This document shows, piece by piece, positions 45,668-55,938 of a stretch of 64,000 nt of DNA; position 1 is the first letter of the stretch, and the number at the start of each line of letters is the position of its first letter. The DNA is taken from NCBI GenBank assembly GCA_965644495.1, contig CBFFSA010000008.1, positions 434,001 through 498,000 on the forward strand, in the 5' to 3' direction. This DNA comes from Perkinsela sp. CCAP 1560/9. Taxonomy: Eukaryota; Protista; Euglenozoa: Kinetoplastea. The position numbers and the translations under genes are program-made. The notes under the pieces are model-generated. The model worked only from the letters and a program-made list of their open reading frames with translations, did not search any database and was not told where the DNA came from.

Positions 45668-46263
45668 GGCCCCCCCCAGAACAGGGGTTGTGGACTTAGG
45701 GCCCGATGAAAAGCTGTGGGGTGTCGGGATGGGCCCCCCATTACAATGGGATTTTGGATACGGGCCCGCTCTGAGGCTGCCAGCCTCGGCGCAATCCTCG
45801 CTGGCATCCCGCTTGGCCCCCCCAGAACAGGGGTTGTGGACTTAGGGCCCGATGAAAAGCTGTTGGGTGTCGGGGTGGGCCCCCCATTACAATGGGATTT
45901 TGGATACGGGCCCGCTCTGAGGCTGCCAGCCTCGGCGCAATCCTCGCTGGCATCCGGCATGGCCCCCCCCAGAACAAGGGTTGTGGACTTAGGGCCCGAT
46001 GAAAAGCTGTTGGGTGTCGGGGTGGGCCCCCCATTACAATGGGATTTTGGATACGGGCCCGCTCTGAGGCTGCGAGCCTCGGCGCAATCCTCGCTGGCAT
46101 CCGGCATGGCCCCCCCAGAACAGGGGTTGTGGACTTAGGGCCCGATGAAAAGCTGTGGGGTGTCGGGTTGGGCCCCCCATTACAATGGGATTTTGGATAC
46201 GGGCCCGCTCTGAGGCTGCCAGCCTCGGCGCAATCCTCGCTGGCATCCCGCTTGGCCCCCCCC
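45585..46263. repeat. 147-bp tandem repeat (about 4.6 copies) encoding a 49-aa unit
   Basis: C-runs start at 45670, 45817, 45963, 46110 and 46256 (spacing 147/146/147/146); unit DASEDCAEAGSLRAGPYPKSHCNGGP... Confidence 0.95.
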
Positions 46264-46421
46264 TGATGCGGGGGTGTGGGAATGGGGTCTGTAATGTGGG
46301 GGTCGGGTAGTGGGGTAGGGGTGTCCTCGGTTTGTGTGCTCGTCTGTCCCGTTACGTTCACGGGGTTACTGTCCGCGGGGCCGGAGGATTTGGGCGTTTT
46401 ATTCTTCCGTTTTGCGCGGCG

Positions 46422-46490
46422 TGGTCCCGGGTTGGCTTCGATGCACCCTCTACGGAGGTTACACCGGACTAACTCGGCCGACCACCCCGA
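46422..46490 (-). other. 2A-like (StopGo) peptide motif
   Basis: WSAELVRCNLRRGCIEANPGP against the consensus GD(V/I)ExNPGP, with D replaced by C. Confidence 0.65.
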
Positions 46491-46822
46491 GTCAGCTATC
46501 AGTCCCTCCGTGGGCGTGAAGCTCCAGCAAGCCGTTCCGCCCTCCGACGCGAACGGGGTCCAGGCTCCTGCAAAGCACTGGGCTATACCAAGGGCGTGGC
46601 ATAGGAAAAAGGGGATATGTTCGCCTGGGAGATCGGACGGCGTCTCTATGCTTGCTCCTGCTCCCGATCCGTCGAAGACTTTGACGTGGGGACCGTGGGA
46701 GGGGCCGTGGTTTGGAGTGAGCAGAGAGGCCCATATGCACTCAGCCTCTCCATTAGACAAATGAATTGTCTCCACCTTGTGGGCTACTTCCCGTTCTTTT
46801 CCCAAAAGCAATTTGCTCCAAT

Positions 46823-47122
46823 TCACCGATAAGGTATTGTATTCCGAAGGAAATGAGTGTCTTCCTCGTGTTCTTTGCGCGCCTTGCGTCGGTTTAGGTT
46901 CTGCGGATCATTAAAAAAGACTCGCACCATACCCTCAAGTAGGTCGTCAGAAAGATGTCTCTTCTTGTTTTCTATGTGCAACATGTGACCAAATTCGCGC
47001 TCCGTGTGTGTTTCGGAAAAGTGAATCCGGTTTATTGCTTGTCTAAACGTATTTTTGAGAAACAGAACTTCGCCAATAGTTCTCCACAACTTGTCGCTGT
47101 GTATCATCAACCACGCGATCAA
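46823..47122 (-). pseudogene. hAT transposase C-terminal dimerisation domain fragment
   Basis: SETHTEREFGHMLHIENKKRHLSDDLLEGMVRV fits SxxxxERxFS...KR..L....LE. Confidence 0.7.
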
Positions 47123-47370
47123 ATTCCGACTCCAACCGCGATGCCTAAAAAAGTTGGATTATCAATTGTAATAATTTATAATAATTATTATTAAAGAAAA
47201 AAATTATTAATAATTTTGCTACTATGGTTCATCTCCTCTTAGAACATTCTAGTCTAATACCAGTGTTAATATCGCGTTGAAACCATTCTCATTACAAAAG
47301 TAAACGGGGTAGGGCGATTTTTTTGGAGTCCAAAAACAAGCATTTTAATCTTTTTATGAAAGCTAAAAAT

Positions 47371-47955
47371 TTAAAGACGTTCTATTTTTGTCCCACTTAT
47401 GATTAAACAGTGTATACCACGCGGTAAGTCATTTGTCACTAACGTACCAGTAAGCTTCGGATTCTCCGACAAACTTAACTGCCGAAGCCCTCGTGGAAGT
47501 TTCGCAAATAATATAGGACCTGTAAAATCATTTCGCATTAAGTGAAGAAACATTAGATTCGGGGGGCAATCGTGTAAATCCAACGAACCACTAAACCTAT
47601 TGAATTGCAATCTCAAAGCACACAAATGACGCGGCAACTCATCGAAAAACACGTTCCCGAATAGTTGATTTGAAGACAAATCGACATCTTCTATAGTTTG
47701 AGGAAGTTGTGACCAGTGTAAATATCCTCGTAGCATTCGACCTTCCCATGAAAGGGCAGTAACTGTTCCGTTGATATTACAAGACACACCAGGCCATTGG
47801 CACGCAGGTTCTTGTTTCGGAAAACGCCAATCGGATTCTTCCACGTCCCTCAGGAAAAGAGCAAGTTCGAATTCTGGCGGTCTTCGAGCACTTATACGAG
47901 CTAAACGGGGCCCGTCGGAGGGATCCTCAGAATTCGCAAACCGGAGAGTAAGCAT
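47371..47955 (-). CDS. Leucine-rich repeat protein
   Basis: ACQWPGVSC cap and LPxxLxxLxLxxNxFxG repeats. Confidence 0.9.
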   Translation of the reverse strand: MLTLRFANSEDPSDGPRLARISARRPPEFELALFLRDVEESDWRFPKQEPACQWPGVSCNINGTVTALSWEGRMLRGYLHWSQLPQTIEDVDLSSNQLFGNVFFDELPRHLCALRLQFNRFSGSLDLHDCPPNLMFLHLMRNDFTGPILFAKLPRGLRQLSLSENPKLTGTLVTNDLPRGIHCLIISGTKIERL

Positions 47956-47960
47956 ATACA

Positions 47961-48002
47961 GTTGTAATAAGTGAAGTTGTAATAAGTGAAGTTGTAATAA
48001 GT
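47961..48002. repeat. 15-bp tandem repeat x2.8
   Basis: GTTGTAATAAGTGAA repeated. Confidence 0.85.
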
Positions 48003-48060
48003 TAGTGATATAGCAATAAGTTTTATTTTAATTGAATAAATACTACACGACTCTTGTATA

Positions 48061-48200
48061 CAGGGGGTGGCACGAAAATATGGGGGGGGGTCAAAAATCG
48101 TATAAATTGTCCAATTTTGGAAATTAGCACCGCATTCGAGAGCTTTCGCAGAGATACGCTTTCGCAGAGAGTACGTGTCACCTGCTATTGCGTTTCCCGT
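48061..48200. mobile_element. Solo terminus of the Tc1-like MITE family seen at 10841-11601
   Basis: TA|CAGGGGGTGGCACGAAAATATGGGGGGGGGTCAAAA...GCATTCGAGAGCT...TACGTGTCA. Confidence 0.85.
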
Positions 48201-48642
48201 GCTTCTAATTTTTTTTAACTTTGGACAAGAACATACGTTTCCGGAACTTGCAATTTTCTTCAAATTCATCGATTTTTTCGATATCTTAGGTATCTTCCTT
48301 ATAAATCCTTATTACCCAAACCCGTTTCCAATGTTCATGATCGCCTTAGAGAATAGATAGATCACGCGATCAAAAGAGTACTAAGTTAAGCGCACCAAGT
48401 AAGTTCCACAGTGATAGTATCCCGATCACAATGCGAAGTCCCCACCGACCTGAACGTCCTCATTGAAGCTCTTGTGCCATCGCAAAGCATCGTGAAATAA
48501 TTTCCTATTCTTTGGGAACGCCAAGCGCACATTCATGGTGTTTACAAGAAGGAAATGCCCATACTCGAAATGGAACAGCCCTCTCCAGGTTCCTTCTGGA
48601 AATGGAAATATTTTCGAACATAACCAACTGCAACACACTACA

Positions 48643-49512
48643 CTAAGAGCCTTTATAACACGGTATCCGTTTCTCGATGAATGCATTTATTCCTTCCAAT
48701 CGGTCTTTGCTGTTCAATATAGAATGGTAGCACGCGCGTTCTATTCGCATATGCGCATCAGCATCTACTTCCGTTAATGCGGATGCTCTTAATGCCTTTT
48801 TCGATGCTCTAACAGCGAGAGGTGCGTTATTAGCAATAGTACGACCAAGGTCAACAGCATTTTCTACGGCTTCACCGGAAGTCACGACCGCGTTGACTAG
48901 GTTTATGCTGAGTGCCTCGCGTGCATTTATCTGTCGTCCGGTGAATACAAGTTCACATGATTTACTATAGCCGACAATCAGGCTCAAATGTTGCGTACCA
49001 CCTGCACCTGGAATAATACCGAGTTTAGTTTCAGGTAGTGAGAAGACGCTCTTCTCACCCGCAACACGCATGTCACATGAAAGTGCTAACTCGAATCCGC
49101 CGCCGATAGCCGGCCCCTCTATAGCAGCAATTGTGGGCATTGGTAATCGTGATATTGACACGAAAAGGCGACGCAAAATGTCGACAAAAAGAATAGTTTC
49201 CTTGTTTGACATTTTCTGTCGTTCATGTAAATCAGCTCCTGCACAGTACACCCCTTCCACTGCGCTTGCAAAAATTAGGCATCGACATTTAGAATTCACG
49301 CTCATTTTGGTTACATGCTTTTGTAGTTTGTTCACCAATGACTTGCTCAGAGCATTCCTTCGCTCAGGACGGTTCAATTCTAGGACATAAACACCGTTCT
49401 GTCCGATTTCCAGTCTACATTCGTGCTCAATTGATTTCTTAGTACAGGGTGCATCAACAGCAGAAAGAGTGGTGCGACAACCTTTTGCACATCTTACAAA
49501 CGATTTAAGCAT
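48643..49512 (-). CDS. Crotonase-family enoyl-CoA hydratase, methylglutaconyl-CoA hydratase (AUH)-like
   Basis: LNRPERRNALS, CAGADL, GGGFELAL and LPETKLGIIPGAGGTQ. Confidence 0.92.
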   Translation of the reverse strand: MLKSFVRCAKGCRTTLSAVDAPCTKKSIEHECRLEIGQNGVYVLELNRPERRNALSKSLVNKLQKHVTKMSVNSKCRCLIFASAVEGVYCAGADLHERQKMSNKETILFVDILRRLFVSISRLPMPTIAAIEGPAIGGGFELALSCDMRVAGEKSVFSLPETKLGIIPGAGGTQHLSLIVGYSKSCELVFTGRQINAREALSINLVNAVVTSGEAVENAVDLGRTIANNAPLAVRASKKALRASALTEVDADAHMRIERACYHSILNSKDRLEGINAFIEKRIPCYKGS

Positions 49513-49808
49513 TTAATATTTACTTTCACGCTAAATTCCGAAACCCAAAATTACTTTTGAAAAGAAGGTTTAAACGACAAGTAGTTCGGTACCCGGCGTT
49601 CCTATTTCTGACTATGCGTCATAGTTACTCCACGCATTTTCAAAACCGTCTTTTAAAAACGGTTTAAAAATTTTATAAGCAAAAGAGGGGTTGTCGGAAC
49701 TTAATTTGACATCATAAAAGCCCGAGTACTCCAATGGCAATCTGTACCACAATAAATTTCATGGGCATTGCATGCTACATGTGCTGAATACGGATGCATT
49801 GATAAATG

Positions 49809-50489
49809 CTAATCACGATGTTCAGGATGTTCTTCGTGTACGTATTCGCCTTGTTCATTTCCTTCGTCGAGAATTTCATCATTGCGCATTGAAGTAGTTC
49901 CGTATCCGGCATTGCAATTCCCTGCGAGTAGACCCGTAAGTCCGAATCCTGCAATAGGGTCATTCCACTCTGCTTCCTTTTGTATTTGCTGAGCAATTTG
50001 CTCAAGGTAATTTCCCATAAGAACTTTCTCTGGAGGGCGAACCAAATCGTTCGTAAGTGTAGCAATGTTTTCACACAATGTTTGGGGTAATTCTACCACT
50101 GACCTCTTCGGCATACAAACCTGGACATATTCAGAGGTAGTTGGTTTATGATTGCAAAGCTCAATTCTTTCCGTAGGTGTAAGCTCCGGTAAGTCACGGT
50201 TCTTCAGTAATTTATCCACAGTTACTAAGTATTCCTTCAAAATATTAGAAGGGGGAAATCCAGCAGGACTCCTTTCATCTACCTCAAACTCATTAGCGTC
50301 GTTCTCATCGCTTGTGAGGTAGGGTCTTTCTGATCTCAAAGCGCACAGTAGATGATGCTCCAATGTAACCACATTGCTTGGTAGCGGGACTAAATCGCGC
50401 GATTCTAGAAAGGACTGTCTTTGCTCTCTACGCTTGAGCAATAGCTTAAGCATTTCGAGATTAGTTATGGGGACTGATGCGTCGGACAT
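49809..50489 (-). CDS. RNA polymerase III subunit RPC9/C17-like (Rpb4 fold)
   Basis: ITNLEMLKLL and LTPTERIELCNHKPTT. Confidence 0.7.
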   Translation of the reverse strand: MSDASVPITNLEMLKLLLKRREQRQSFLESRDLVPLPSNVVTLEHHLLCALRSERPYLTSDENDANEFEVDERSPAGFPPSNILKEYLVTVDKLLKNRDLPELTPTERIELCNHKPTTSEYVQVCMPKRSVVELPQTLCENIATLTNDLVRPPEKVLMGNYLEQIAQQIQKEAEWNDPIAGFGLTGLLAGNCNAGYGTTSMRNDEILDEGNEQGEYVHEEHPEHRD

Positions 50490-50809
50490 GTAGCGTGCCA
50501 GTAATAGTAAGTTCTATAAAAACATGGCCTTGGTAAATGATTTAAAAATTTGATCGAAAGAGAAGGCCTGAAGACATAACGCAGTACTCGGCTTAAAATG
50601 ATAGTAACAGTGGAGAATTATCCAGTGTCCCGGTTTTTTGTATATGATAGCTGGAAAAGGATATTTAGACTTTTACCTGAGAAATGAGAAAGAAAACTAC
50701 GTTTTGAATCTAGTGTGATTAAGCGCTTGAAGCACAAAAAAGTCTGAAAACATCAGTTTGCAGGCCTTCTCGTTCCAGGAAAAGGCCCACGACGTGTATT
50801 AACGCAGCT

Positions 50810-51058
50810 CTAGGAATTCCACCCAGCCTTTCGTTGATACTTCTCCCTCATTTTTTTCTTCTCTTCTTCGCTCAACGGAGGATTCATGTAGAGCATAATT
50901 CCTAATGCCACAGGAACTATAACCAGCTGCATCCGAATCATTTTCTTGCCCTCCAATTTGATTTTATTCCATGTAGATTCGTCTATACAGGTAGGTATTT
51001 GAAATGGTGTTCTCCATGAAGTATTTCTTTGGCACAAGAGTCGGATCGCAGCGCGCAT
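50810..51058 (-). CDS. Small single-TM protein, possibly mitochondrial
   Basis: 82 aa with an Arg-rich N-terminus, one TM helix and a charged tail. Confidence 0.55.
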   Translation of the reverse strand: MRAAIRLLCQRNTSWRTPFQIPTCIDESTWNKIKLEGKKMIRMQLVIVPVALGIMLYMNPPLSEEEKKKMREKYQRKAGWNS

Positions 51059-51359
51059 ACCAAAAGAGGATATTCTATACTTTAAAATTTATATATTGTA
51101 GTTTGTATTGCTTCTTTTGTTGTTTGTATTACTATTTTGCACTCTGCCGCAATATAAAGAAAAATGCACTCATTTAACTGAGTGTCTCAAAAAGTGAATG
51201 ATCAACGACGAAGAAACAGGGGACAGCGAACTCTACCGAGTAGTAATTGTAAACAAGATCCGTCAAAAAAGAAATAGAAGAAACGAAAAAATCCGAGCAA
51301 GACCGAATGTTGTCGTCACTTGGCAAGTAAATTTTTCATGCAAGTTTCTCTACTCAAGT

Positions 51360-51731
51360 TCAATATAATCTGAAACGACCGCATGATTTACACCGAATTG
51401 TGTATGCCTCGTTGCGGTTTCGACACTCAAAATAAGAGCAGTACCAAGGTACTCGCACTGTGGGTGTCATTTCCTTCCACTCTACAGGACGAGACGCTGA
51501 GCAAGACCAACAATTTTTTTGGGCATTATTGCTGCACATTCCGCAACCCTTACAGTGCCACTGTCCAAAAAGCAAAGGTTTTGCGGGACGTACTCGAGAA
51601 CAGTTCTCACATTCGCCTTTTCTCTTCTCGTTCAATCTATTACATACACAAAGCCAGTCTCCACATCGGGGTCTTTTGATGGTCCAGGGTCGCAGTAACA
51701 CACGTGGCCAAGGAGAGGATATTATTTTCAT
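51360..51731 (-). CDS. RanBP2-type zinc-finger protein
   Basis: Three W-x-C...C...N...C-x2-C fingers (GDWLC, QWHC, PWYC). Confidence 0.75.
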   Translation of the reverse strand: MKIISSPWPRVLLRPWTIKRPRCGDWLCVCNRLNEKRKGECENCSRVRPAKPLLFGQWHCKGCGMCSNNAQKNCWSCSASRPVEWKEMTPTVRVPWYCSYFECRNRNEAYTIRCKSCGRFRLY

Positions 51732-51955
51732 TTCGATGTCATGTAATACGGTTCACAGCGCAAAGGTCGTTCATGTATTTCGAAACCTGTAAATAAGGAG
51801 GAATTCGCATGAGGACAAAAAACATTTTTATCTGCATACAGAAATGAAACTGTATTTCTAGGCCGGGTGGTTTGCCAAAATAAATCTATTCGCAACAGGA
51901 CTTAATCAAAAAAAATACTAACCTATATTTAAAGATAATCTCGGGTACCCGCTTC

Positions 51956-52588
51956 CTATTCAAGAAGACAAGTCAAATCCTCATCATTCATATCCACCTC
52001 TTCCCCCTCACCTTGTGGCAACCTCTGAACAACATTCCCATGCCTGTGTCGTTTATGTATCTCCCGTTCCACCCTCTCCTCCACCCTCTCCTCACGACCA
52101 CTCTCCTCACGCCCACTCTCCCCCGTTTCACTTTCCGAGTTTTCGAACCCACCCTCGCGCCGCTCGCCTCCCCCTTCTCCCTCCTCCTCCTCCTCCTCCC
52201 CCTCGCTCCTCCCCCCACTCGAGCGACTCCTCTCACTCCCCGACTCCGCCTCGCGGTCGACGTACCGCTGGGCGTGTCGCGCGGCGCGCTGTCGCGCCTT
52301 CTGCTTTCGCGCCCGGCGCGCGAGCCCGCGCTCGCTGACGTAGCCGGTCGCCTTGTGGTAACGCTGCAGGGTGCGACGGGCGACGTGCTCGAGTCGCCAC
52401 GGGAGCTCTGCCGCGGGGAGGTCCCGGTTGGTGAGCACCGCGCGGAGACCGCGACGGAGCCCGGGGTGGTAGGCGGGGGGGATTTCCTGCATCTGACGGA
52501 GCAGAGCAAAGAGGGTCTCCGGGGGGACGGTGTCCGGGGTGAGGTCGACGGCGATGCGGTCGTTGTAGTGGTTGGGGAAGGGAGGCAT
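51956..52588 (-). CDS. Hypothetical protein with an acidic/Gly-rich tail
   Basis: 210 aa ATG ORF preceded by a polypyrimidine tract on the coding strand. Confidence 0.6.
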   Translation of the reverse strand: MPPFPNHYNDRIAVDLTPDTVPPETLFALLRQMQEIPPAYHPGLRRGLRAVLTNRDLPAAELPWRLEHVARRTLQRYHKATGYVSERGLARRARKQKARQRAARHAQRYVDREAESGSERSRSSGGRSEGEEEEEEGEGGGERREGGFENSESETGESGREESGREERVEERVEREIHKRHRHGNVVQRLPQGEGEEVDMNDEDLTCLLE

Positions 52589-52891
52589 GGGTGAGGGGGG
52601 AGGAAAAGAAAGAAAAAGTTTCTTGGAAAAGACGCTTCTACACTGTAGGTTACCATTGTAAGTTATAACTTTTTTGATCCTTTTTTTCCCTTTTGCAAAA
52701 ATAAACCTCTAGAAGAGCTTCGTCTTGTGTGTGACGGAAGGAGATGTGAAATGCCATGGAAAGACGCGAAAAGAATAACGTGTGAAAAGTAACATGTGAG
52801 CTCCTTACACTGTTCATACATTGTAGTTTTAGGAAGTCGTAGAAGTGTAAAGGAAGAGTAAAAAACGGATAGGGTAAAAGCTCCACACAGA

Positions 52892-53677
52892 TCATGCATT
52901 CTCTGCACTAGGTATGGACAGTCTGCGTGGTTTCTTGGCCTCTTTTGCTTCCGCATCCGCAAGAGTGATTCGTCGTCGTCGAGGGCGGCAGGACAGAGGG
53001 TTGGGTCCCTTTGATTTTCTTTTTTTCCGTGGCTGCACAAATTCTGTGGAAGCGTCGCTGGTCTTCCTTTCCATAAGATTTTGTTGTTTCGCAGACATCG
53101 GTTCTCTACCAATAGTTTTAGGGCTGGACATATCAGATTGCCCCGTAGTCCGTGATTGTCCACTTGCATTCGGGGGTCGAATTCGTAACTCGGCCAGATT
53201 TCGGTCAAAAACAAGGACTGGTACCTGAGGAAACATTCGCGTAATATCGGGTGCGTGCAAGGAAGAAGTACAAATCATGCAGCTCTTTTTTCTGTCCAAA
53301 TATTGAAGGTTCATTCTTATCCAGCGGTCAAGCAAATCAGTGCTGTTTTTTATTTGCTCAATCTTCACCTTTTCTCCAGACTCGTCCATTATGGAAACGT
53401 ATTGAAGCTTTTGACCGAGACGGAGCGCCGCCTGATGACCGCTTTGCTTAAGACTTTCCAATGTCCAAGTATGCGTACATACTGAAAAGAGTGTTGGTTT
53501 GCCCAATGTGGTTAAGAGTCGTGTAACTGCTTCTCTTGGTGTAGTCTGTCGCGAAACGCATTCCTGCAAAAAGTCACTCTCAACCCATACACGATACGGA
53601 GGCCGATGATTGTGACATATTTCGTAGTTAAGAAGCGCCTTTTTATTGTCCTTCCTGCGATGTACGCGTGATTTCAT
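52892..53677 (-). CDS. UTP23: UTP23-like rRNA processing protein
   Basis: N-terminal RPPYRVWVESDF and C-terminal KKRKSKGPNPLSCRPRRRR. Confidence 0.82.
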   Translation of the reverse strand: MKSRVHRRKDNKKALLNYEICHNHRPPYRVWVESDFLQECVSRQTTPREAVTRLLTTLGKPTLFSVCTHTWTLESLKQSGHQAALRLGQKLQYVSIMDESGEKVKIEQIKNSTDLLDRWIRMNLQYLDRKKSCMICTSSLHAPDITRMFPQVPVLVFDRNLAELRIRPPNASGQSRTTGQSDMSSPKTIGREPMSAKQQNLMERKTSDASTEFVQPRKKRKSKGPNPLSCRPRRRRITLADAEAKEAKKPRRLSIPSAENA

Positions 53678-53843
53678 TTAAAAGCGTAAGTCTGGGGTAT
53701 AGAAGATAACTCTCTTCCTACGGTGACATAAATAATATATCTAAGTATTACATAAGAGCTTCTTTAGTCAACCATTTTATTCCAAAATTTGTAACTACAT
53801 GCGTACCTCTAATAAACAGATAAGACTTTCAATCTCCGAACTG

Positions 53844-54839
53844 TCATCGATCTTGCTCGGCTGCTTCTTGCTTGAACGCGATAACTTTGCGCAACGCAGG
53901 TATTGCACAGTGGGCGATTAGCAAAGGAATTGTAATGGTTGGGTCGGCGTGCACTTTGATGTGCCTCGAACCCGGTGCCAGTTTACCCCAAGACACGGCC
54001 TCATCGGGGGAAGCTCCGGAGTCGCTCCCGTCAAACTCTTGTAACGTACTCAAATAAATCGCCAGATCAGCCCCATTACGCATCAAATTGGCGTTACAGG
54101 TATGATGTTTCACGACTCCGCCGCCGGCAATAATCATTGCGGTGCGTCGGGCGTCCATCGCTATACGGTTGATTTTACAAATATCCGAGACAAGATCAAC
54201 ACAGGGCATAGGGGTGTGCTTGGACATAAGTTCGGCCATTGTACTGTCAGCCCAGGCTGGGATAAAAATGGGGATGTCATGTTGGGCGGCCCAATAGACA
54301 AAACTATTTTCGCATTCTGGCTCAGACATTGACATAACACACTTTCCAATCATTGTAGCCAGTACTGATGGGGAATACTTCATGTTAGGGATCATCGTCG
54401 CAATAATTTCTTTTGCAAACCACTCATCAAATTTCTCTCGATCACACAACACTCTTGATATGTCGCGTTCGATGGAAGCCCCCGATACGACAAGGACATG
54501 TAATAGTTTATGTTGCGTAAGAAACACTGCCGCATCATGTACGCAGGTATCTACGAAATTGTCAGAAAAAGCAAAGAAAACCGTGCTCTTCGTTTTGAAC
54601 CCAACTTCGCTCTCTGAAGCTGTGTCTTTCTGAGTACTCGAGTCATCGTTCTTCCCGAGAGACCAGCCGATCATTTCTTTAAATATTATGAATGCCTGAC
54701 CTAGATTTGAAGCTTGAAAGCCGGTGGTCAGATATCCATCTAGAAGAGTGCAAAGATCTGGAGACAATACCCCATTGACCTGCAAGTAGTCAAATGTAGG
54801 ATCTGAGGGTTGAAAAACTGCAGAGTGAGCATCGTCCAT
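53844..54839 (-). CDS. DHS: Deoxyhypusine synthase, catalytic-lysine subunit
   Basis: TTGFQASNLG, GGGVVKHH, NANLMRNGAD and DGSDSGASPDEAVSWGK; the likely start is MDDAH. Confidence 0.92.
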   Translation of the reverse strand: MDDAHSAVFQPSDPTFDYLQVNGVLSPDLCTLLDGYLTTGFQASNLGQAFIIFKEMIGWSLGKNDDSSTQKDTASESEVGFKTKSTVFFAFSDNFVDTCVHDAAVFLTQHKLLHVLVVSGASIERDISRVLCDREKFDEWFAKEIIATMIPNMKYSPSVLATMIGKCVMSMSEPECENSFVYWAAQHDIPIFIPAWADSTMAELMSKHTPMPCVDLVSDICKINRIAMDARRTAMIIAGGGVVKHHTCNANLMRNGADLAIYLSTLQEFDGSDSGASPDEAVSWGKLAPGSRHIKVHADPTITIPLLIAHCAIPALRKVIAFKQEAAEQDR

Positions 54840-55293
54840 CACGAATGGAAAAATAAGCTTAGAATTTTCGTACACGAGCTGTGCAACTTGAAATGAACAT
54901 GTATGTAACAGAACAGTAAGCTTAACTATGATCGAAAAAAATACTGTTCTCCCCATATACTTATAGTCGAAGAAAACATTGCTCGTTAAACCTCCAATTC
55001 ACGATTCCTTTAATCGCGAAAGAGATGTGATTGAGCATCTTTGAGACAACCTTTTGAAAAGTAAGACGTAAAGCAAAAAATAAGTTAAATCAATTCATGC
55101 CTCTTTAAGGATCAATACACTAAATCGGCAAGGTTATCACACGTGTTCCGTCTTCTATGCTTATAGCACTAACACATGCGCAGTACTCCAGTAGGTATGC
55201 TTAGTAGATGCCTCTAATTCTATCCACACTTCGTTTCCTTGGACTCACAGACCACGCCGATGCTCGTAAACGTAGCTCCGATGTTTCGTTAGT

Positions 55294-55644
55294 TTATCTT
55301 TGGCTACGAAGAATATAGTACAGGAAAAAGAAGACAAAGGCAACAAACATAATTAAAGTTCGCATGGGGTGAAAGTTAGTGTGTCGGTGCATCACAACAT
55401 TGATATGGTGGAGACTTCGTTGAAGCGCTCCACGTGACTTTAGCATCAGTTTATCCATTCCAGATAGAATCGACGTCTGTTCGGAAACTTCTTGTTGTAG
55501 AGATTTGCATGCACCATGTAGTTGGGAGACTTGATTAGACAACGCGCGTAATATGGCCTCATTTTCTTCGAGGACGTATTCGCCCAAGCCTCCACTGGAA
55601 GCCGTAGTTCTTCTCTTGTCGGTGCTTACTGTGGTTGTTGGCAT
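55294..55644 (-). CDS. Bet1-like Qc-SNARE
   Basis: LEENEAILRALSNQVSQL...QEVSEQ SNARE heptads and a C-terminal TM. Confidence 0.8.
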   Translation of the reverse strand: MPTTTVSTDKRRTTASSGGLGEYVLEENEAILRALSNQVSQLHGACKSLQQEVSEQTSILSGMDKLMLKSRGALQRSLHHINVVMHRHTNFHPMRTLIMFVAFVFFFLYYILRSQR

Positions 55645-55938
55645 AATCTCACACTCGCTCTTCTTAGTTTCATTTCTTCTTTGGAAAATGCTAATTTATT
55701 AAAAGCGAATAAAGAGGAGGTTCTTTAACGTAGCGAATTATAGTATTCAGAAATAGGTCTCAGTATAGTAGTAATTTAGAAAATATACGATGAACGGAAA
55801 GCTACAAATAGTATTTTGCTTAATTTTTCTTTGAGAATGCTCAACCACTAAAATTTCAGATTTGCTTCAGTATCAATAAATGCTGATACAACTTTTCACT
55901 TTCTTTCTTGCTACTTGCTCTTGACTTTGTATGTGACC

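Larger units (their letters stand above)
42791..46730 (-). mobile_element. CRE-clade (CRE/SLACS/CZAR-like) non-LTR retrotransposon; 5' boundary approximate
   Basis: RT-RLE ORF, 22-nt 3'UTR, A23 tail (T-run at 42791-42813) and 5' tandem repeats. Confidence 0.88.
40910..47226 (-). mobile_element. Internally deleted hAT-superfamily transposon hosting retroelements
   Basis: 8-bp TSD GTTCATCT (40902-40909 and 47227-47234); termini CATAGCAGCA and TGCTACTATG; AATTATTAATAATT subterminal motifs at both ends; hAT dimerisation fragment. Confidence 0.8.

Noticed and set aside
45585-46263. HDV-like ribozyme in the repeats (TCCTCGCTGGC...CCGGCATGG)
   Set aside because: It is antisense to the element, the segments are in the wrong order, and it folds as a simple GCCAGC/GCTGGC hairpin without the nested double pseudoknot
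46600-46760. HDV-like ribozyme at the CRE 5' end, as in L1Tc
   Set aside because: Hairpins are present, but I could not assign P1/P1.1/P2/P3
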